From Podarcis melisellensis (lineage: Eukaryota), in assembly GCA_964234715.1 (NCBI GenBank), contig OZ174283.1: a stretch of DNA of 64,000 bases, one strand, 5' to 3'. Position numbers and translations under genes: made by a program. Each line of letters begins with the position of its first letter. Positions within the stretch are counted from its first letter, which is position 1. Of this stretch, positions 12,041-23,152 are shown in pieces. A model generated the notes under the pieces. It was not told the origin of the DNA, searched no databases, and was given only the letters and a program-made list of their open reading frames with translations.

Positions 12041-14538
12041 TTCTAAGGTATAGAACTTAAGCTTGGGGATGGGGGGCTCATAGAACCTTCCCACGCCATG
12101 CATAGAATATACAGAATGAACTAGGTCCAGCTGATTTTTAACATTTAAAGATTTTCCATTATTTGTAATTTTCACTTCTTCTGCAACTAATTTTTGATCA
12201 TCCTTAAGTTTTTTCCTTTTGTGGCTTGAGATAATTGACCTTGAAGGTTTTGCACATGGTGGGGGAAGGTGTTCAAGGCTAATGCTATGCATCTCTGCCA
12301 TCTGTAAAATCGACAAGTTGTGACTGGGACCTCAGTGCCCCTAGTCCATACTTAGTGAGCCACTTAACATTTGTGAAGTGAGACTGTATAGCCTTTGTGC
12401 TTAACTGCTGAGCAGCATTTCCTAATTTAAATCTAAACGTGCTTCTTTCACTGACCTTGGTAAACATTTGTTTTCTCCACCTCTCTGTGGGCACCTTAGG
12501 GCATTTGAAAATGACTTCTGCTAGTTCTACATACCTCAGGCTGCTGCTGCATGAGCCTAACACATTTTTTATTGCAGCTCAACAGTAGCCAGGTAGTCAT
12601 GGAATCAAGCCTTTGCACCTGTGGAGTCTTGTCATAAGTCGGGCTATCAGAACAAAATGTGAAGAAGGAAGGAGAAAAAGAGGATAAGAAACCAGAATAT
12701 GGGAACAGGAAAAAACCCCAAACAAACAGAGAGCTTTTGTCTACAGGGCTGTGCCTTCCACTCCAGTGAGGAAGTAGTAAGAGCTTAGTGAGTCAGACGA
12801 CTTGCTGCAGCTTGCCAGAAGAAAGCCCAGCAGCTGTGTGAGAGCTCTTCTAGATAGGTTTTGTGTTGCTCTGTGATTAGTATATCTGAGCTGTCTTCTT
12901 TTGACAGCCATAGCACATGGTGGGAGAAGCAATTGCCACACTTCCTCACATCCCACTTCTGCTTTTCTTAGTAGGTATCACTGCAGAAGGAAGCTCAAGC
13001 CTTACCCACTATAAACTACTGCCTGTGGCACTTGTGACTTCAGAAATGTTAGCCACGTTACCACCAGTGTCATGTGTCCACTAAAATCTAGACACAGAAG
13101 TGTTCTGGGCATGGCAGCAAAAGGAAAAGATGCAATAAGAAAACCATTGTTGGGGAGTGCGCTTCCTAGATATTAAGAACCAAAGAGTCCAGAGTAGGGC
13201 GTTTCCTCGTTTGCTTTCTTTTATATGTTTAAAGGGGAAAGATTTGCAGTCGAAATAAACGGTGATGGTGGGAGGATGACAAACGTATCCACGTTTGTTC
13301 TTTGGCTACAGCTAAAAATAAATGTGAAGACCACTGCTTCAAATGAGTGCTATCAGCTCCCACAATACTGTAAAATGCTTTCAAAAATACTCTTGCACGT
13401 GTGAATACACATGCATAAAGGCAGTTTTTCCATAGTCGAACCCGGAAGAAAAACCTACGGTCCCATATTAGTCTTATTCTAGATTTTCATTCTAAGGAAA
13501 CATATTTTAATGTGTGTTTTAAAAAGAATACAGGACAGATTATTATTTTATACACAAGCCTAAAAATGAATGATCCAAAACTTTAAAATATGGTTTAGTG
13601 GTGGTGCTTGTTTTTATTTTTTAAAGAATTCTATGGCTTTATAAAAATAGACTTTTAGAGAATCACCTTTTGGTCTGCCAAGTGAGCTTTGACCTGCAGT
13701 CACTACAGGAAAGCATTACTGTATGACAGATTAAATTAACCAACTGAGAATGCATGTGTCTGGTAGAAACAGCTGCAGCCTCTGTCTCTGGCACTTTTCT
13801 ATATTGTTCAGAAATATATGTTTAAAGTTCTTGTCGTCTGTTCGATTTTTGTTACTGTAGTAGCAGAAATGAGCATTCTTTCCCTGCCTTTCTCTCCCAA
13901 GTTATGTGTGCACATGGGCTTGAATACCAGGAATGCATTGTAAGCGTAAAAAGGTCAGATTTTCATGATAAAAAATTGATGGCAAAAAGTCTTTCTTATT
14001 TTTCTCACTGATGACTTGCATAAAAACATCATGGAAGTGTGTTGCTTGTAATGTAGCAGGGCTTTGTGCTTTTTTTGGCTGGAGTATGCCCTTCAGCTTA
14101 GTTCATGTGCCATAATGCTGTGGTGACAGAGCTAGTTTTACATGGGAGTGGCTAGGTTAATTTCTCCATTTTAAAAATGAAATACTACCTTCAAGAGACA
14201 TGTTGGATCTGTACAAATTTAGAGCCTGCCTGCCTATTCCAGTGCTATATTCTGTGAACTGTACACCTCTTTTAATGGAAACTACATGTTTGACCTGTGT
14301 GGCAAACTGCAGACTTTATTTAAACAAATTTCAGCGGAGGATTGTGAAAATTCACAGCCATGCACCTTTCAGTTACCTAAGTCTGAACAGTATCATACCT
14401 GTGTGCCCATGAAAGCTTGTCAAGTATGCCATTATCAAGCAGTTGATAGAGATATTTACAGCTTTGCCGCAACATTATATTTGGGTGGGGGAGGAGGTGG
14501 CAGCAAACACCATTGCTTTATATTCACCTTGGTGAAAA

Positions 14539-14565
14539 ATGATATTTAGTTCGGAGCCTGTTCAA
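14539..14565 (+). CDS. RAPGEF2: Candidate alternative first coding exon (MIFSSEPVQ), phase-0 donor
   Basis: AAAATGA start with A at -3, an in-frame TGA two codons upstream, and a consensus donor CAA|gtaagt in phase 0. I have no homology recall for this peptide. Confidence 0.4.
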
Positions 14566-14987
14566 GTAAGTCTTTCTCCTTATTCCCACCCTGCCTTCAG
14601 TGGTATTCACTGGAGCCAGCAATCAATGGATTCCTTCCCCTTTGGGATTTGCTTGACCTACAGAAGCTGACATAATACAGGCAAGCGCTTGTTACTCTAT
14701 CTGAATTGTCCATCTGTACCTTAATGAGTGAAATAGTTAAGCAGCCGAGGGGGCAAGCCGCAAGGAATGTGTCTTCCATTTGAGTTGAATATTTCGATGT
14801 ATAGGGGGAGAGGGAGGGAGGCAGAGAGAGAGATCCACTTACATCATTAGAACTGCATTGAGTGTGCCTGTGTGCAGGTTAAGAGACAGACTACAGTGTC
14901 TTTGCTTTCTGCAGGAAGCAGCAATGCCGTTTGTATCCTAAGAGGAATTTTTTATTTAGAAAAGGAAGCGTTCTTTCTACCCAGGAA

Positions 14988-15041
14988 ATGGCTTTCCTTG
15001 TGCGTTGCTATGCCAACTGCCTGCAGCCATGGTCTTCCAAA
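14988..15041 (+). CDS. RAPGEF2: RAPGEF2 alternative N-terminal coding exon (MAFLVRCYANCLQPWSSK)
   Basis: Strong Kozak context GAAATGG, 18 open codons and a phase-0 donor AAA|gtaagc matching the 32955 acceptor. Confidence 0.78.
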
Positions 15042-15867
15042 GTAAGCACAATAACGTAATTATATTGGCGTATTACATTCAGACTCATGATTCTCTAGGT
15101 TTTTCTCTGTGTATGTGCCTTTGGTGTTTTTGGTTTGTTTGGGTTTTTTTTTTTTGGTTTTTTTCCTTAGTGACTCTCTTGATGGTAGGCATGGTTTCCT
15201 TGAATGTGAGGGACAGGCATCATTAAATTAAATGTCCGTCAATGTCATGCCGCTTGGATTAATTGTGCGAACTTGGTTAGTTGAGTGGAACAGAGATCAC
15301 TGGTCACCCTGTCAGCATCATTAGCAGCCAGAGGGGAGGTCCCTATTCACATGCTCTGCCCTGATTTTTTATTTTTTTTATGGGGGTGAGGGGCTCTTTA
15401 TTACTGTGATTGCAAATTAAACAGGAGTATTAACAATGCTTGGCTGAATGCAGGAAGCTGGTTCCCGCACCCTTACTAATATAATACTGTATTAAGCTTT
15501 TTTGAGGGAGTCTGTGTGCAGTCAGCCATTTTAGCTTTTCTCCCCCCCCCCCCTTTTCCTCCCTTTCGCTCTCAGGGAATGCTCTCGTTCTTGTAGAAGA
15601 ATGCTGGATATGTATGGTGTTGCCAGGCACTTTACATCCTTGCACGCTTAAGACTTCGAGTGTTATAAAAATGGAGACAATTGCTGCTGTTTGGATTGCT
15701 TTTCTGCACTACAAGTGTGAGAGATTTTGTGAACGGCACTTTGAGCTCTTGGCTTGGTTTTTCCCTTGGTTTTTGTTTGTTTAGTTTAATGCAGTAGAGG
15801 ATGATTTGCTATCCATGAGAAATTGGTACATGATGTGTAAATTCAGTTCAGCATATGTTTGTTCATT

Positions 15868-15927
15868 ATGAAACCTCTTGCAATCCCAGCTAACCATGGA
15901 GTTATGGGCCAGCAGGAGAAACATTCA
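15868..15927 (+). CDS. RAPGEF2: RAPGEF2 canonical short-isoform first coding exon (MKPLAIPANHGVMGQQEKHS)
   Basis: The peptide matches the N-terminus of canonical human RAPGEF2 as I recall it. Donor TCA|gtaagt, phase 0. Confidence 0.95.
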
Positions 15928-16941
15928 GTAAGTATAGCAAATTCTGCTTATTTTGGGAACAGGCTTTCGTTAAATTTCATTTTAAATTGTAACTGCCTGT
16001 ATACATGCTCATTTTGCTTTGATTGTGGATATAATGGGGCTGTTAAATTGTAGTAGAAAAACAGATGCCTGCCGTGGTGTCAGTTGTGATTTAATACTTT
16101 GGTATTTCATGTTTTAAAATATGGAAGTTGCTTGCTTCTAAATAGAGAACTTTGAAATATTATACTTTATATAGAGTATGTTTCAGCTAACTTCTGACTT
16201 GAAAAGAAATACAAAGTTAAGATTTCTTGAAGGCGTATAGTGATGTCGAATACTTCTGCAACCAATATTATCCTGTATTTGCATGAAAGGTCTGTGTCAT
16301 TTTGGTTTGGCATACCATGACCAACTTAAAAAGCAGTAATGTTTAACGAAAATGGGAACAATTTAAAAGGAGCAAGCAATAAATGCTAGCCCTTTTAATT
16401 AATCCCACGGGCCAACTACACCTCTGTCATGCTGTAATCCCATAGGAAGGTACTGTTCCTTGTTTGTGAAAATAGCATTCATAGGCAAAATAGAAAATCT
16501 TTAGAAGTGTGGGCCTTGAATGCCAAAGATTTCAGGCCATGATCTAGAGAGATGTTAGGTGTACCCAGCTGGGCATCTGTCTTTTTTGTTTTTTATTTGA
16601 ATGGCAGATTCCCCCCCCTTCCCTGCCCCACCCCCAATGCCGCATTGATCAAACTGCTTTGGAAATTCCCCTGAATTTCTAAAGCAGTTTGCCATGATGT
16701 GCAGGAGGCTGCTGCTTGAGAAATAGAGGTCAAAAACCCCTTTGGGTGGTGCCAGTCTTCTTGCATGGCTGTCTGAATTGTGGCCTAGATTTGTTTTTTA
16801 AGTCTTACAAAACCATTAAAAAATATAAAACTGTATACTAACTCCTCAGGCATTACTATTACATAAATATTTATGGTTTACCAGTGAATTCTGTTTAAAT
16901 TTTTGTTGTTGAGAAGTGTGCAAGTGTGGATTTTGCAAATC

Positions 16942-16993
<52 letters not shown>
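16942..16993. repeat. (TTA)n microsatellite, probably the tail of a minus-strand LINE 3' fragment extending to ~17115
   Basis: Read directly; it accounts for the poly-N and poly-L ORFs in the track. Confidence 0.85.
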
Positions 16994-16995
<2 letters not shown>

Positions 16996-18433
16996 CACTC
17001 TGTCATCCCAGGGTGGGTTGCAACATTTAAAACACAGTGTTAAAGAGAGCTTAAAACAACTTGCAATCACAAAAATAAGGCGGGCCCTAAAATATACATC
17101 TCAGGCCCGGGTACCAAGGTGTGCAGACATGCTTCACTCTTCAAACTCCTTGTTTTTTTTAATCCTCATGAAGTCACACTGGGACTTATATGAAGCAAGA
17201 AGTTTTTGACTTATGTGAGAATGTGCAGAAGTGTGCATGAAAGTTTCATACATGTGAGATGGAGACATACGTGACTATTAAAATTTGTGTGCGGGCATAC
17301 AATATAATATTTAGGTCATGAATCAGGTGGTTGTTAACATTACAAAAGTAATTATACAGTGACTTTAGATGTGTAAAACAAACATTTAGATTATTCAAGA
17401 TCTTAGGTAATCATTCTCTGCCCTGAGTTGTTGTAAGACCATTCCACCCCAAACACAGCATATTAGTGTAGGGTGAAAAACTTAATGAGTGGCATTCATT
17501 TGGTGCCCTTGCACTCACAGAAGGACTTTTAATTCAATTGATGCCTCCATTAATGGAAGAAGAGGGGAGGGGCTTTTTTTGCCAGTATCTTATGCATCCC
17601 CCAGCTTGAGGAACATTCCATAGCAAGGTAGAAAGTGGTATGGAGGTCCATAAAGGGAATTGCAAATTGGTGCAAATCACTTCACCTCCCTTTCAGTAAG
17701 CGGAGGTGCCCACTGGATCAAAAGCTTTTTCACAAGTGCATGGGCACCACTTGGATTCCACCTAATGAAATTATACAGTCCTCAGTGAACTGATGGAGGT
17801 GAGCTGAAGAAATGTCATGCTCTGGATTCTATCTATCTATGAAGTCAAATTTCAAGAACATGGCACCCTTGTTTTGGAACTTCTTCATGAATAAGCAGTT
17901 GCTAGATTCTAACTCTATTATTTTAGAAGTGTGAAAACATTTTTTATTTAGACACATGTGTGTGATAATTGCTGCTGGTTCTGTCCAAGCAGCTGTTTAA
18001 CTTCCTTTTTCTGAGCTGTATTGTTTTTAATGTGTTTAATAAACTGTTCTCTGTTTCATGGAATTATCTACTGTTGTCAGCCATCAGCTTCTTGAAAGTG
18101 GAAAGAGATTGGAAATAAATATTATAAATGGACATTAGTAGAAGCCAGCTGAGGAGCATTGATTCCCCCTGCCCTCATGTAAATTGGTTGCTGCAGGTTC
18201 ATATTTTGAGGAGAACCAATAAGTGGAGGAGAACAGCTGTGGTTTGGAATGAGATAAAGCACAAGCCTAGGTTCAGATGTAATACTAAGCCAAACCATGG
18301 TTTAGCTCCCAGGAGCATGGCACCAGCAAGACTAGGGAAGGACTGAGGCTGCATTGATTTTCTAAATATATACCAGCACAATTTCTCATTCAAACTTAGA
18401 CATGGTTGAACAGGGACAGTAATGAAATGTTAC

Positions 18434-18461
18434 CTATCTATATCTTATCTATCTATCTATC

Positions 18462-18507
<46 letters not shown>

Positions 18508-18516
18508 ATATCTATC
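18434..18516. repeat. (TATC)n microsatellite
   Basis: Read directly from the sequence. Confidence 0.95.
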
Positions 18517-19352
18517 TTCAACTAAGTTTTAATCAGTCTCATTGAAATAAATGACCATGGGTAGGTTAGGTCCTATAAGTTCAATAAGCCTACTCTGCGT
18601 AAAACCTAGTTGAATACTACCAAGGTTTTTATTGTCTGAATCTATATTAATAGCCATGCAACTTATTGAACTGGAATTAGCAATACTACTATTTCTTGAT
18701 TTTCTAAATGCTCTATTTCATTTTACAGAATATTTGTAAATTGCTACTCTAGGTTGAGAATTTAAACTCTGGCCTTGTCAGATTTTTGGAATCTCCATAG
18801 AGTCTGTGTCATGTATGCCCAAATACAGTCGGCTTAATTTTCCAAATTATCAAACTAGTAAACTGTTCTGTAATTATTTGTATCTTCTTAACCTTATCCC
18901 AGTTGGCTAGTGGATGGTTCAGATCCTGCAATCCTGTAAACATGTTTGCCATTGTTAGTGGCATTTTCCCTGGTTGGTTGGTTAGTAGTAACAATCTTTA
19001 AGTTAGTTAGTTGCTAAACAGTTTGTTTTTCTGAGGGGAGGGGGAAACTAGTAACATACCCTTAAATGGTCTACTAGCACTGAATTAACACATTCCCCCT
19101 TCCATTATTTGTGACATACATGACACTCATTCAAATAAGAATTTTTGTCCTATAGTAGTTTGGAAGGTAATATGGATATTAAGCTGCTCTCAGCACCCAA
19201 ATATTAGTGGCACTACTTTTGCCATGTAAAAGCAGCACACTCATGGGCCTTTCCTGCAGGTGTTTGGATGCAAAGAGAGAGAGAGAAGCTTGGTGACACA
19301 GCTCTTTGGAGTTTTTTTGTTTGTTTAGCAAATTGTTTAGCTCTGTTTTGAA

Positions 19353-19629
19353 TAGAGGTGGAGAAACCTTTTCATTCTGAGGGCCACATTCTCATCTAGA
19401 CAGACTTCATGCCAGAGGAGGGTAAAGGCAACACTGGGCAGAGCAAATTTTATCCTTGTACAGTAGGCACATGCGCTCGCACACGTACACACACAATCTT
19501 CCATCCAGAGAAGTAAGAGGCATTATCAGAGTTCGAGGACACATTCCTTTCAGGCAAAAATACCCAAGGAGAACATGAAGCAGGACTGTGGAGAGAGTTT
19601 GGCTCTTGGGCCATAGGTTCCTCACCCTG
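19353..19629. mobile_element. Degenerate hAT MITE
   Basis: Termini resembling CAGGGGTGGGGAACC / GGTTCCTCACCCTG, with gagggccacatt subterminal motifs. Confidence 0.6.
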
Positions 19630-20334
19630 ATTTAAAACAAACTGGCCAGGTTAAATTGTCTCAAAGCAACTTTGCAATGATGGTGCCACTTGGTTTATTC
19701 ATAACGCCAACAGAAAAAAAAAAGATGGGTGGTACCTAAGGGACAAGAAGCTTCCTGTCCCACCAAAGAGGAATCTCTGAAGACCTGGAACAATGCTGGA
19801 AGCAAAATAATATAGTATTCCATTTCAGCTTGTCAGCGACTTCAGGAGCCAGCAGATCTTATTCCACATTGCAGTTCACTTAGAATGCATTGTTTTATGC
19901 ATGTTGTTCCAAGGGTGATGAGCTGAAATGCATTGGTCATAGTATGCTGTAAAATAAAATTATTTTGCCTTCCGCTACCGTTTGAGGTTTCACCCTTTTT
20001 AGCCTTACGTAATGCTTCTGTCGTTTATATACTAATGCTCATGCAAGTTTGCTTCAGTAAATTTGCATTAAATTGTCTTGGGAATACAAAACTAAGCTAT
20101 TGTATGTTAGTGAGCTGAACTAATCTGCAATGATGTAAAATGTTGGTGGGGTTTTTAGGCATGCAAAATTGTGAACACGTGCATTTACGTGGCAGAGGGG
20201 ATGGGACTCCCCCCCCCCAGAAGAACAAATATTGGAAGTTCAGAAGAGCGTGAGGTAACTGCCTCTGGTGGCAGGTGATGAGAGGCAGAGAGAAGCAATT
20301 CATGTTGAAGGACAGAGCAATGTGTGCCTCACAA

Positions 20335-20455
20335 CCTTCCTGCAATTCCCTAAGTGAGTCTGTTGCCTTCAGGTGCACTGTCCTGTTGCCAGTGTTGATG
20401 TCAGTAGGACAGTGCACCTGAAGGCAACAGACTCACTTAGGGAATTGCAGGAAGG
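20335..20455. repeat. Perfect 50-bp inverted repeat with 21-nt spacer
   Basis: 20335-20384 is the exact reverse complement of 20406-20455. Confidence 0.97.
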
Positions 20456-22286
20456 CTGTTAGCCAACCCATTTACTCATCTCTTCTGTCCCCCCACTACC
20501 AAAATACAATCTCACATACTTCTAATTTGTTGATTTGGCAGTGAGAAAGCCATGCTATCTCTTCCCCATGGCCACTATGCTTTTTGTCTTGGAGGTTGCA
20601 GAGTATTAGGTGGACAGAAAGCATGGAGAGAGGGACAGACCTAATTCTCCTTTCCATGTACTGCTGTTACCACTGGATCTTGGGGGTGAGGGGCAGTGAG
20701 AAAGGATGTCTTGGTAGTAAGGGGGGCAGGTGGGTAGGTGGTGCACAAACTTACATGGTTTGTTTTAGCACAGATTTTAATTGAACTGGGAAAGAATATG
20801 TGGGCTTGAAGAACTATCATCTCTTTCTGAGCCCAAACATAGAGAAGTTCATTGGGATTTCTACTCTTAACATCATTCCTTATAAATGGCGGGTTTTCAG
20901 ACCTCCTTATACATTGTGTTTGAACTCTGGTGTGCTTCCAAAATAGTTTGTTTTAGGTAGGGTGAGGCATCTGTTTAAGAAGTCGAAAGTTTCATTGACC
21001 CAGCTAATCACAGTGTCCTCAGTTGTGGCTAAAACTGCTAAATAAATAGATTTATGCAGCACTAATGCAACTGTGGGGTCATTCTGGGTGGCTATCGGCT
21101 CTCTGCTCTTCAGGTTAGGTTTCCACAGGATGGCTGCTTCTTTCAGATTCAGCTGCTGTTGAGTGGAGTTTCATGGGAGCCTTCTCTTAGCTTACTCATT
21201 TAGTTCACAGCCACATTAGCAAGTTCAGGGGCACCTATGATCCAAACTACTTTCAACATATAATTTTATTGCAGTCATCTGCATACATTTATGGCTAGCT
21301 CATTAAAGATGACCCAGAAGCTTTGATTAGTTCAGAGCTCAGCTGGTTTAATTCTGATCCGTACAGACAAAGAATTTAATACTCCATCTACAACTACAGT
21401 GAGTTGTCAATGACTCAGTTGACTGAGCTAGTCAAGAGACCTCACAATAAAACCTATGCATCTATTAACATGCAAAAAAGGTCAAATAGGTGTATTGTAT
21501 GTTATGGAAAGTAAGGTCACATTGATTTAGGTAAGATATTACCTCATGTCTTCATTTCTCTCGACAGGAATTTAGCCACAGATCCTGTAATACTCTTATT
21601 TGTATCAGAGAGAAGAGAAATGTAATGTGCAGGCAACCTTCAAAGATACAAAATGGTTACTGGATCAATCAACTCTTTCCGGAGACCTCTATAAAAGTTA
21701 CAAAACAACAAGACATGGATGAATGTTTCTATTTCTTCTGAGGAAGAAAGACATCATTTATAAGAGTAGGGTGTTACCCTAAATCTCCTCTCCATAAGAG
21801 CTGAAGGCATCACACTGAAACATGCAGGATAGGAATACCCTCCTGTGTTTTGTTATGCTTAAGTTCAGTGGATATTTTGTCTGAGAATTAACAGATGTAC
21901 TGGAAATGCCAAATACCAAAGCTGAACAAGTCGTCTTGACTATCGAAAATAGGTTTTGGAAGCCTATTTATTTAATAAAAGATCTAGCCTGAAGCTGTAA
22001 AAGAGAAACCGTAACACAAATTTTGTTACTTAGCAACTTCATCTATGTACTTGCAAACTGGTCTACATGAACCGAAGATAGGTAGCTGTGTGAGATAATA
22101 GGGGGACATTAGCACTGAATTTTTGACTCTGTAGCAGGGGCAAGAAACCTCTGGCTTGTGGGCCTACATGGGTCTGCTAGGTCTTCCCATTTAGCCTAGG
22201 AAGACACTTCAGCCAAGACACAACTACCTGCCCTGCATCTGATGTTAAATATGGCATCAGATTGTGGTGTATGTCAATACCTGGTT

Positions 22287-22402
22287 CATCTGAAGGCAGC
22301 CCTGTTCAGGGAAGTTTTTAGTGTTTGATGTTGTCTTTTTTTTACTGTTTTTTGTTGGGAGCCGCCCAGAGTGACTGGGGCAACCCAGTCAGATGGGCAG
22401 CA

Positions 22403-22449
<47 letters not shown>

Positions 22450-22472
22450 TGTTGTTGTTGTTGTTGTTATTA
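22287..22472 (+). mobile_element. LINE 3' end (L2/Rex1-like squamate type) with (TAAG)n and (GTT)n tail
   Basis: catctgaaggcagccctgtt...gggagccgcccagagtgactggggcaacccagtcagatgggc, followed by microsatellites. Confidence 0.7.
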
Positions 22473-22838
22473 TTTGTTTGCATGCAACACCAATCAGCAA
22501 CACAGCTTTGTGCAGAGTGCTGTGCACAGTGGTTTGCATGACTTGACAATCATCTGTGTTGGATATTGCTGAGTGTTTTGCAAGGGGCTTCACAAGACCC
22601 AGCAATCAGTTGATCATTGGTGTCCATGCGGGCAAAAAGAGTTACCCAACATCATTGTGATAGCCCAGGACTGACTTATGGGAAGTCCCCATTCACCTCT
22701 GCAACTTGGTTCCTGAAGGGTGGGGAAAATAATTATCTGACCTTCTAGTCAGAGCTAATCTCTGCCTCCTCTCTTCACTCTAGAATTCAAACCTCATCTC
22801 TAAGCTCAGGACTGCTGCTGCTGATACATAGTTTAGGA

Positions 22839-23152
22839 CAGTGTTTTTAAACTACTGTTCCGCGGCACACTAGTGTGCCGCGAGATGTTGCCTGGTGTGC
22901 CGTGGGAAAAATTGAAAAATTCGAAAGATTTAAAAATAAAGTATTTTATAATTTTTCATATTTCTGTTTACTTACTATTTCATAATAAAGTAATTATAAA
23001 ATACTTTCTTTGTGTTTATTTGATTCCTATTCAAGAGAATTACTTTATATATAGTCAATATAAGCACAGAGTTAATTTTTTTAACATTTTCTAATGGTGG
23101 TGTGCCTCATGATTTTTTTCATGAAACAACTAAAAAAGGTTGAAAAACACTG
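22839..23152. mobile_element. Non-autonomous hAT element (Buster/Charlie group)
   Basis: TIRs CAGTGTTTTT.AAC / GGTTGAAAAACACTG and a perfect 8-bp TSD GTTTAGGA (22831-22838 and 23153-23160) with central TA. Confidence 0.93.

Larger units (their letters stand above)
14400..15867 (+). promoter_or_regulatory. Internal promoter / 5'UTR region for short RAPGEF2 isoforms
   Basis: Repeat-free stretch holding tandem ATG-initiated exons with strong donors, a GA-rich tract at 14802-14832 and TATAAAA at 15664-15670. The boundaries are approximate. Confidence 0.6.

Noticed and set aside
12917-12976. Short ATG frame MVGEAIATLPHIPLLLFL ending at tta|gtaggt
   Set aside because: Weak donor and no homology recall; insufficient evidence for another first exon.
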